A stretch of 8,700 bases of DNA from the UHGV virus genome UHGV-1440302. The stretch is one strand, 5' to 3'. The position numbers and the translations under genes are program-made. The notes under the pieces were generated by a model, which worked only from the letters and a program-made list of their open reading frames with translations, searched no databases and had not been told where the DNA came from. Positions 1-8,700 of the stretch are shown piece after piece. The DNA comes from a virus. Position 1 is the stretch's first letter, and every line of letters begins with the position of its first letter.

Positions 1-167
1 CATCCGGCAGTGGTGGTTCAGGTTCTGGCTCCGGTGGTTCATCCGGTAGCGGTGGCTCCGGCTCGGGCTCCGGCGGCTCATCCGGCAGTGGTGGTTCAGG
101 TTCTGGCTCCGGTGGTTCATCCGGTAGCGGCGGTTCAGGTTCAGGCTCCAGTGGCTCATCCGGCGAT
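1..167 (+). repeat. Coding tandem repeat, 39-bp unit encoding GGSSGSGGSGSGS (pIII inter-domain linker)
   Basis: About four imperfect 39-bp units (e.g. ggtggttcatccggtagcggtggctccggctcgggctcc) read in the gIII frame. Confidence 0.9.
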
Positions 168-641
168 AACAATGGCTGGCTTGATGGTGTTTTGGGCTGG
201 TTACAGCGTATTTGGGTTTCAGTGAATGATTTGAATAGTTTCTTTTCTTTTTCTCAGGCTGATGTAAATAACTCACTGAATACTTTTGATGGCCAGCTGT
301 CTGATATTGTTAAAAATGAATCGGGGGATTCATCAAATGATTATGATTCTTTAATCTCTGAGTTTATTGATAAGCTACCTAAGGAGTGGTTATTTATTGA
401 TTTTGACAAGTTGTTTTTTCCTGGTAATCAGCGTTTCGATAAGGCTCAGCCACTTGAGGTTGATTTTTCATTTTCTCTTCCGGTGATTGGGACTGTACAT
501 TTTACAGTTGATACAACCGATTTTTCATCAGCGTATGATTTGTTGTTAAGGCCTGTTCTGGAATATTTTATTTATGCACTTACTGTTCTTCGTCTTTATT
601 TTGTTTATCGCCGCGCCCTGATGCGTCATGCTGAGGTTTAG
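1..641 (+). CDS. gIII: Minor coat/adsorption protein pIII, C-terminal part (5' end beyond window start): Gly/Ser linker then C-terminal membrane-anchor domain
   Basis: Open frame (codons at positions divisible by 3) from position 3 to TAG at 639-641. Encodes GGSSGSGGSGSGS repeats, then ...DNNGWLDGVLGWLQRIWVS... and a hydrophobic C-terminal segment (LLLRPVLEYFIYALTVLRLYFVY). Same frame and repeat as the ORF running off the window end. Lies directly upstream of gVI as in Ff phages. Confidence 0.8.
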   Translation, partial: SGSGGSGSGSGGSSGSGGSGSGSGGSSGSGGSGSGSGGSSGSGGSGSGSSGSSGDNNGWLDGVLGWLQRIWVSVNDLNSFFSFSQADVNNSLNTFDGQLSDIVKNESGDSSNDYDSLISEFIDKLPKEWLFIDFDKLFFPGNQRFDKAQPLEVDFSFSLPVIGTVHFTVDTTDFSSAYDLLLRPVLEYFIYALTVLRLYFVYRRALMRHAEV

Positions 642-643
642 TT

Positions 644-1006
644 ATGGTTATTTTTATTAATTTCATTTATTCTTTTGTGCTCATTATTTTCAGGAGGTTG
701 CTACCTTTTCTCAGGAATAAGTTTCCTTCTGTTTTTTCTTACACGGGTACGTTAACGTATCTTTTTATGTCGATTTCTCTTGCTGTAAGTTTTATTATTG
801 CAGCAAACTCTGTTATTGATACTGTTTCTTCTTCTGCTGTCATGAACAGGTATCTTATTATTGCGTTCAGCTATTTGCCCCATAACTTTACATTTTGCGC
901 AAACCTCATTATCGCTGCTGATTTTCTTTCTTTTCTTTTTCACTCAAAGGATCGTATTTATCGATATATTCGCTTGTTTATCTCAGGAAAAATACCGGGA
1001 GGCTAA
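644..1006 (+). CDS. gVI: Minor coat protein pVI-like (small hydrophobic virion-end protein)
   Basis: ATG at 644 follows GAGG at 633-636 and lies 2 nt after the gIII stop; 120 aa, very hydrophobic; position between gIII and gI as in M13; stop TAA 1004-1006 lies 3 nt before the gI ATG. Confidence 0.7.
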   Translation: MVIFINFIYSFVLIIFRRLLPFLRNKFPSVFSYTGTLTYLFMSISLAVSFIIAANSVIDTVSSSAVMNRYLIIAFSYLPHNFTFCANLIIAADFLSFLFHSKDRIYRYIRLFISGKIPGG

Positions 1007-2221
<1,215 letters not shown>

Positions 2222-2240
2222 AGAGTTTAACTCGTCAAAT

Positions 2241-2287
2241 ACTAAATCGTGGGGCCCCGCTGGCCTGCCAGTGGGTTCCGATTTAGT
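2241..2287 (+). other. Nested GC-rich stem-loop in the gI-gIV intergenic region
   Basis: Outer 9-bp perfect inverted repeat actaaatcg (2241-2249) / cgatttagt (2279-2287) encloses an inner stem cccgctgg (2256-2263) / ccagtggg (2268-2275) with one G-T pair and loop cctg. No T-tract follows, so it is not a classical intrinsic terminator. Confidence 0.5.
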
Positions 2288-2373
2288 GATTGACGACACT
2301 CAGGAAAGATACCCTTGATGAGGGTGATGGTTCACGCAGTGGGCCATCGCCCTGCTAAGCGGGTTTTTCCTGA

Positions 2374-3606
<1,233 letters not shown>

Positions 3607-3662
3607 GTGCCGTCTGAGGTGGGATTATCAGGACGCGGCATCTCAATTTAGCTACTACAACG

Positions 3663-3760
3663 TCAGTGCGCATAATGTGACACGCGTTATGTTGAAAAGG
3701 CCGCTGCGATACTCTCCACCGCAGCGGCCTTTTTATACATAACGTCATTGTGCGCACTGA
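3663..3760 (+). other. Candidate XerCD-dependent attP: two inverted dif-like sites that can fold into a forked hairpin in the + ssDNA
   Basis: Site 1 (+): AGTGCGCATAA (3665-3675), 11-nt spacer TGTGACACGCG, TTATGTTGAAA (3687-3697); compare recalled E. coli dif GGTGCGCATAA-TGTATA-TTATGTTAAAT. Site 2 inverted (+ 3732-3758, read on - strand): AGTGCGCACAA-TGACG-TTATGTATAAA. Arms are mutually complementary (3665-3675 with 3748-3758, 10 of 11 pairs; 3687-3697 with 3732-3742, 9 of 11) with unequal unpaired centres, capped by a 10-bp GC stem. Confidence 0.7.
3695..3736. terminator. Bidirectional intrinsic-terminator-like hairpin (also the tip of the attP hairpin)
   Basis: Perfect 10-bp stem ggccgctgcg (3699-3708) / cgcagcggcc (3720-3729), 11-nt loop, AAAA on the 5' side and TTTTTA on the 3' side; lies about 90 bp after the gIV stop and downstream of the minus-strand gene cluster. 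Confidence 0.65.
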
Positions 3761-3763
3761 ACC

Positions 3764-3919
3764 TTAAAGGATTTCAGTGTCCTTACTTAGTTTGTTGTGT
3801 ATGGTCATCACCAACGGTGGGACAAGCGTTATCAGGCTGAATATTGTCATGCCTGTGATGCTGCCAACAACAAAATGCTTTATCAGCAGGTCAAGAATTA
3901 AGTCACTGGTTGTCTGCAT
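3764..3919 (-). CDS. Hypothetical small hydrophobic protein, 51 aa (MQTTSDLILDLLIKHFVVGSITGMTIFSLITLVPPLVMTIHNKLSKDTEIL)
   Basis: Hand-translated minus-strand ORF, below the ORF-track length cut-off; ATG at 3919-3917 immediately after repeat copy 1, stop TAA at 3766-3764; one predicted transmembrane-like segment; only a weak SD (GAAG). Confidence 0.25.
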   Translation of the reverse strand: MQTTSDLILDLLIKHFVVGSITGMTIFSLITLVPPLVMTIHNKLSKDTEIL

Positions 3920-3971
3920 ATTGCTTCTAGCAATCTTCGTATCGATAGGTAACTATAATGTTATTTTTTTG
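3918..3971. repeat. Direct repeat copy 1 (~53 bp) covering the stop codon and 3' flank of a minus-strand small ORF
   Basis: atattgcttctagcaatcttcgtatcgataggtaactataatgttatttttttg matches 4446-4502 with about 3 substitutions and 1 indel; contains palindrome TATCGATA and a TATAAT hexamer (+ strand). Confidence 0.85.
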
Positions 3972-4149
3972 TTGCATCCGTCTTTGCAAATTTCCTGTAG
4001 TCATCTTCTGTTATAGACTCCAGTCCTTTTGCGATTATCCATTCTAAAACTTTGGTATCTTTTACTGGTATTGCCAGTGTTGTTACCACTTTTACAGTTT
4101 CTTTCTCTACCTTTCTCCATAAAACATCGTTTATGTGCTTTGTTGGCAT
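3961..4149 (-). CDS. Small DNA-binding-like protein, divergent paralog of the two upstream ribbon-helix-helix-like ORFs (62 aa from ATG; 82 aa if GTG at 4209 is used)
   Basis: ATG at 4149-4147 preceded by GAGGT with 7-nt spacing; C-terminal segment VKDTKVLEWIIAKGL parallels LKPSEIVNHLIDNYL and VTWSEVVHFMIKNYL of the neighbours; ends KK-stop inside repeat copy 1. The alternative GTG start at 4209 overlaps the upstream ORF's stop by 4 nt. Confidence 0.5.
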   Translation of the reverse strand: MPTKHINDVLWRKVEKETVKVVTTLAIPVKDTKVLEWIIAKGLESITEDDYRKFAKTDATKK

Positions 4150-4205
4150 TTTTACTACCTCTGTTTGATCTTTGTCAGCCCGTCTGTTCGATGCCGGGAA
4201 AGGAA

Positions 4206-4418
4206 TCACATTGCTCTTTTTTTCTTAAGTTCTTCTCTGCTTATTAAATCTTTCACGGCCTCATCTAAGTAATTGTCTATTAAGTGATTAACTATTTCAG
4301 ATGGTTTTAGTATCTCACCGGTCTTATTGCCGATTTCTAGCACTCTTCGTTTTAGCTCCAATTTTCTGTCTTCGTTGATTCTTACAGTTGTGTCTCCGCG
4401 CTTTGTTTCTTTTTTCAT
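4206..4418 (-). CDS. Ribbon-helix-helix (CopG/Arc/MetJ-like) small DNA-binding protein, putative repressor, 70 aa
   Basis: ATG at 4418-4416 preceded by GAGGT with 8-nt spacing. TTVRINEDRKLELKRRVLEIGNKTGEILKPSEIVNHLIDNYL has the strand-helix-helix pattern of CopG/Mnt-type RHH proteins (compare recalled CopG ...LTITLSESVLENLEKMAREMGLSKSAMISVALENY). About 50% identical to ORF 4490-4672 over the helix region. Confidence 0.6.
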   Translation of the reverse strand: MKKETKRGDTTVRINEDRKLELKRRVLEIGNKTGEILKPSEIVNHLIDNYLDEAVKDLISREELKKKRAM

Positions 4419-4445
4419 CACAGTTTACCTCTATGTCCTGTCAAT

Positions 4446-4502
4446 ATATTGCTTCTTAGGAATCTTCGTATCGATAGGTAACTACTATGTTATTTTTTTT
4501 GG
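4446..4502. repeat. Direct repeat copy 2 (~53 bp) covering the stop codon and 3' flank of a minus-strand small ORF
   Basis: atattgcttcttaggaatcttcgtatcgataggtaactactatgttattttttttgg; see copy 1. The ORF 4490-4672 ends KK-stop at the equivalent position within the repeat. Confidence 0.85.
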
Positions 4503-4672
4503 TTTCTTTGGTGGATCATGTCTTGTTTTGCGTCGTTTAAGTAGTTTTTTATCATAAAGTGTACAACTTCCGACCATGTAACTATTTGCCCTGTTTTTTG
4601 GCTTATCTCAAGGGCTATCCTAGTAATATCCAGATATGTTGATTCTGTAATTGCTATTGCCTTTCTTTTCAT
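4490..4672 (-). CDS. Ribbon-helix-helix-like small DNA-binding protein, candidate phage repressor divergently transcribed from the Rep gene, 60 aa
   Basis: ATG at 4672-4670 preceded by GGAG with 8-nt spacing. IAITESTYLDITRIALEISQKTGQIVTWSEVVHFMIKNYL is paralogous to ORF 4206-4418 (shared KTG...SE.V...I.NYL...A..D). Its upstream region is the palindrome-rich divergent region shared with the Rep gene, an arrangement like rstR/rstA in CTXphi. Confidence 0.6.
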   Translation of the reverse strand: MKRKAIAITESTYLDITRIALEISQKTGQIVTWSEVVHFMIKNYLNDAKQDMIHQRNQKK

Positions 4673-4684
4673 TCGCTCATCTCC

Positions 4685-6787
<2,103 letters not shown>

Positions 6788-6817
6788 CTGAATTTTTAAC
6801 ATTGAGGAGTCTGATTT

Positions 6818-7243
6818 ATGAATCAAATTTATGACAGTTTTCCGTTTCCTTCCCCTGAGGGTTTTACCGCAGGTATGACAATGGCGGGATATTTTATTCA
6901 CGCCACTGTCATAAATGATGAGGAGTTAAAACCCACGGGTTCTCATTATAACCCTGAGGCCAAACCCAAATATGCCATTGTTATTGCCTATCCGTATGAG
7001 GACCGAAAATTAAAAGTCCGCCGTGAGGAGCATGAGCGCTTTTCCTGTACTGAGGAGGATTTTAAATTTTTTAATTCATGTCCTGATTTGCAGGGCAAAC
7101 CTGTTTATCTCACGGTGGATGTTAACTCATGGTCGACAGGCTCTGAACGTCATGGTGTCTGGTATCGTTTTATTTCCGGCTCCATGAAACGTTTTGACGG
7201 TCAGCCGCTGGGTGCACTGCCCGCTGGTAAAGAAAAAGGCTGA
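6818..7243 (+). CDS. Hypothetical protein in the gV position (possible ssDNA-binding protein), 141 aa
   Basis: Strong RBS GAGGAG (6804-6809), ATG 6818; located between the Rep gene and the small coat-protein genes where Ff phages encode gV. No sequence similarity to M13 pV recognised; assignment is positional only. Confidence 0.4.
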   Translation: MNQIYDSFPFPSPEGFTAGMTMAGYFIHATVINDEELKPTGSHYNPEAKPKYAIVIAYPYEDRKLKVRREEHERFSCTEEDFKFFNSCPDLQGKPVYLTVDVNSWSTGSERHGVWYRFISGSMKRFDGQPLGALPAGKEKG

Positions 7244-7247
7244 TGAT

Positions 7248-7388
7248 ATGTCTGACGCTGATTTTCTGAACTTTGTTTTATTTGCTGCTCCTGCAATGAT
7301 TTTATTTTCTTCAGGTTTTGGCATCGGAATAAAACTGATTCGCGCCTGTGACTCACAAAGCATTACTGTTCAGCGTTATTATGACTGA
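7248..7388 (+). CDS. Small hydrophobic protein, gVII-like minor coat protein candidate, 46 aa (MSDADFLNFVLFAAPAMILFSSGFGIGIKLIRACDSQSITVQRYYD)
   Basis: ATG 7248 lies 4 nt after the upstream stop; single hydrophobic segment; position upstream of gVIII as in Ff; stop TGA overlaps the next ORF's start (ATGACTGA). The ORF track frame begins earlier at 7194. Confidence 0.5.
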   Translation: MSDADFLNFVLFAAPAMILFSSGFGIGIKLIRACDSQSITVQRYYD

Positions 7389-7551
7389 ATTTGATTTCAG
7401 CGGTGTTTTATCCGCACTGAATTCTGGCGTACAGGACGGAGAGCTTTACTGGGCCGTTCTGTATGTCTGGATTGTCTGCTGGCTTCTTGGCTTTGGCCTT
7501 GGTGTTATTTTCACTCTGGTCTGCCGGATGTTCAGCGATGCTGTTAATTAA
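7381..7551 (+). CDS. Small hydrophobic protein, gIX-like minor coat protein candidate, 56 aa
   Basis: ATG 7381 overlaps the previous stop (translational coupling); hydrophobic segment LYWAVLYVWIVCWLLGFGLGVIFTLV; immediately upstream of gVIII. The ORF track frame begins earlier at 7348. Confidence 0.5.
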   Translation: MTEFDFSGVLSALNSGVQDGELYWAVLYVWIVCWLLGFGLGVIFTLVCRMFSDAVN

Positions 7552-7557
7552 TTTTAA

Positions 7558-7818
<261 letters not shown>

Positions 7819-7833
7819 TAGTTATTTAACGAC

Positions 7834-7857
7834 AGCGCCCTTCGGGGCGCTTTTTTA
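7834..7857 (+). terminator. Intrinsic (rho-independent) terminator downstream of gVIII
   Basis: Perfect 7-bp stem agcgccc (7834-7840) / gggcgct (7845-7851) with TTCG tetraloop, followed by a run of six T (7851-7856); same position as the strong post-gVIII terminator of Ff phages. Confidence 0.85.
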
Positions 7858-7877
7858 ATCATTTCAGGAGTTTTTGC

Positions 7878-8700
7878 TTGATTCGTCTTATTTTTCCGCT
7901 TCTGTTTTTGTTCTTTTCTTCGCTTTCTTTTGCTGAGGGGAAAAAAAATCCGGATGAATTTGTTGAGTGTTTTGGCCGTTTATCCTGCAGGACAGCTTAT
8001 TCAGACGCGGGGACATCGATTAAATTAGCCAGGGGAGCAGGTCATGTTTATTGTGGCTGGTCCAGTGTTGATGCATGTTCCGGAATAATTCATTATTGCG
8101 GCGACAATCCTTCAAAGGTTTCTGCCGCACCTTCTACCGTTGGGAATTTTGTTTCTGCCAAATGGCATGCATATAAAGTCTGGGATTTAGACAAGCAAGA
8201 GTGGCAAACCTGCGCCCTTGCTTTTCAGGGAGGTGAGGGTGATTTGACACCTGAATATAATAAGCCGGTTACCGAAGAAAATTGTCTTTCCCGTCCGGTA
8301 ATTAAGGACTTTTCATATTCTCTTGGTGATGTTGTCTGGGTTGATACGGGTAACGGGCAGGAATCTCAGTCCCTGGAAATTAATGGCTGTCGTTATTTGA
8401 TTGATTTTAACGAGTGTGATGACGACGGGAATTGTATCGCTCAGAGTATGCGTTCTGTTGGCGTGGCTGTCGCCAATAAAAATCCTGACGACAATACAGG
8501 GAGTGGCTCTGGTTGTGACGACGACAATTGCGATAATACGACAGGCTCTGGCGGTTCATCCGGCAGTGGTGGCTCCGGCTCGGGTTCCGGCGGCTCATCC
8601 GGCAGTGGTGGTTCAGGTTCTGGCTCCGGTGGTTCATCCGGTAGCGGTGGTTCAGGTTCTGGCTCCGGTGGTTCATCCGGTAGCGGTGGCTCCGGCTCGG
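7878..8700 (+). CDS. gIII: Minor coat/adsorption protein pIII, N-terminal part (signal peptide, Cys-rich receptor-binding domains, start of Gly/Ser linker); 3' end beyond window
   Basis: RBS AGGAG (7866-7870), TTG start at 7878 (no in-frame ATG nearby); hydrophobic signal LIRLIFPLLFLFFSSLSFA; open frame with no stop to position 8700; multiple Cys (CFGRLSC, YCGWSSVDACSGIIHYCG, CRYLIDFNECDDDGNC); enters the GGSSGSGGSGSGS repeats at about 8544. Not in the ORF track because it has no stop in the window. Confidence 0.8.
   Translation, partial: MIRLIFPLLFLFFSSLSFAEGKKNPDEFVECFGRLSCRTAYSDAGTSIKLARGAGHVYCGWSSVDACSGIIHYCGDNPSKVSAAPSTVGNFVSAKWHAYKVWDLDKQEWQTCALAFQGGEGDLTPEYNKPVTEENCLSRPVIKDFSYSLGDVVWVDTGNGQESQSLEINGCRYLIDFNECDDDGNCIAQSMRSVGVAVANKNPDDNTGSGSGCDDDNCDNTTGSGGSSGSGGSGSGSGGSSGSGGSGSGSGGSSGSGGSGSGSGGSSGSGGSGS
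8544..8700 (+). repeat. Coding tandem repeat, 39-bp unit encoding GGSSGSGGSGSGS (pIII linker), continuing beyond the window
   Basis: About four imperfect 39-bp units in the gIII frame, matching units at 1-167. Confidence 0.9.

Noticed and set aside
10-225. ORF-track ORF (71 aa, Ala/Pro/Val-rich) across the Gly/Ser repeat
   Set aside because: Alternative-frame reading of the 39-bp repeat; the gIII frame (positions divisible by 3) is the one continuous with the pIII C-terminal domain and with the ORF at the window end.
3663-3697. Dif-like site 1 interpreted as a complete double-stranded bacterial dif site
   Set aside because: The spacer between the XerC-type and XerD-type arms is 11 bp rather than 6 bp, so it is not a canonical duplex dif; it makes sense only together with the inverted partner as a folded ssDNA attP.
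3941-3956. TATAAT hexamer within repeat copy 1 as a plus-strand promoter
   Set aside because: No acceptable -35 at 16-18 bp spacing, and it would drive transcription antisense to the minus-strand ORFs; copy 2 has the weaker TACTAT. Kept only as a component of the repeat.
3777-4557. Plus-strand ORFs 3777-4016, 4029-4247 and 4327-4557 in the accessory region
   Set aside because: Low-complexity hydrophobic translations running antisense to the minus-strand ORFs, which have good SD sequences and mutual paralogy; two of them derive their shared IFVSIGNY segment from the 53-bp direct repeat.
8407-8676. Minus-strand ORF (89 aa, His/Arg/Asn-rich, internally repetitive)
   Set aside because: Antisense reading of the pIII Gly/Ser repeat array; the repetitive composition is a direct artefact of the repeat.
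8544-8700. Possible CRISPR array suggested by regularly spaced short repeats
   Set aside because: The units are contiguous 39-bp imperfect repeats with no unique spacers, lie inside an open reading frame and encode a Gly/Ser linker; no leader or cas genes.

Overview
The window is about one unit length of a filamentous (inovirus-type) phage or prophage, read mostly on the + strand. It starts and ends inside the same Gly/Ser-repeat region of the adsorption protein gene gIII, so the source is circular (replicative form) or a tandem prophage. Gene order from the window start is gIII (C-terminal part), gVI, gI (Zot-like assembly ATPase), gIV (secretin), a roughly 1.2 kb AT-rich accessory region, a large GC-rich rolling-circle Rep gene, a gV-position ORF, two small hydrophobic ORFs (gVII/gIX-like), gVIII (major coat protein), a strong terminator, and gIII (N-terminal part). 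The accessory region is the most interesting part. It holds a pair of inverted dif-like XerC/XerD sites that can fold into a forked hairpin (a CTXphi-style attP). It also holds three small minus-strand paralogous ORFs with ribbon-helix-helix character, two copies of a ~53 bp direct repeat, and a cluster of GTTAAC palindromes between the last small ORF and the divergent Rep gene. Size and dif-type attachment resemble the CUS-1/Ypf-like enterobacterial filamentous prophages, but that is recalled knowledge, not a search result. All protein calls rest on translation, motif recognition and remembered comparison with M13/Ff, CTXphi, phiX174/P2 and CopG/Mnt; no database search or folding program was run.
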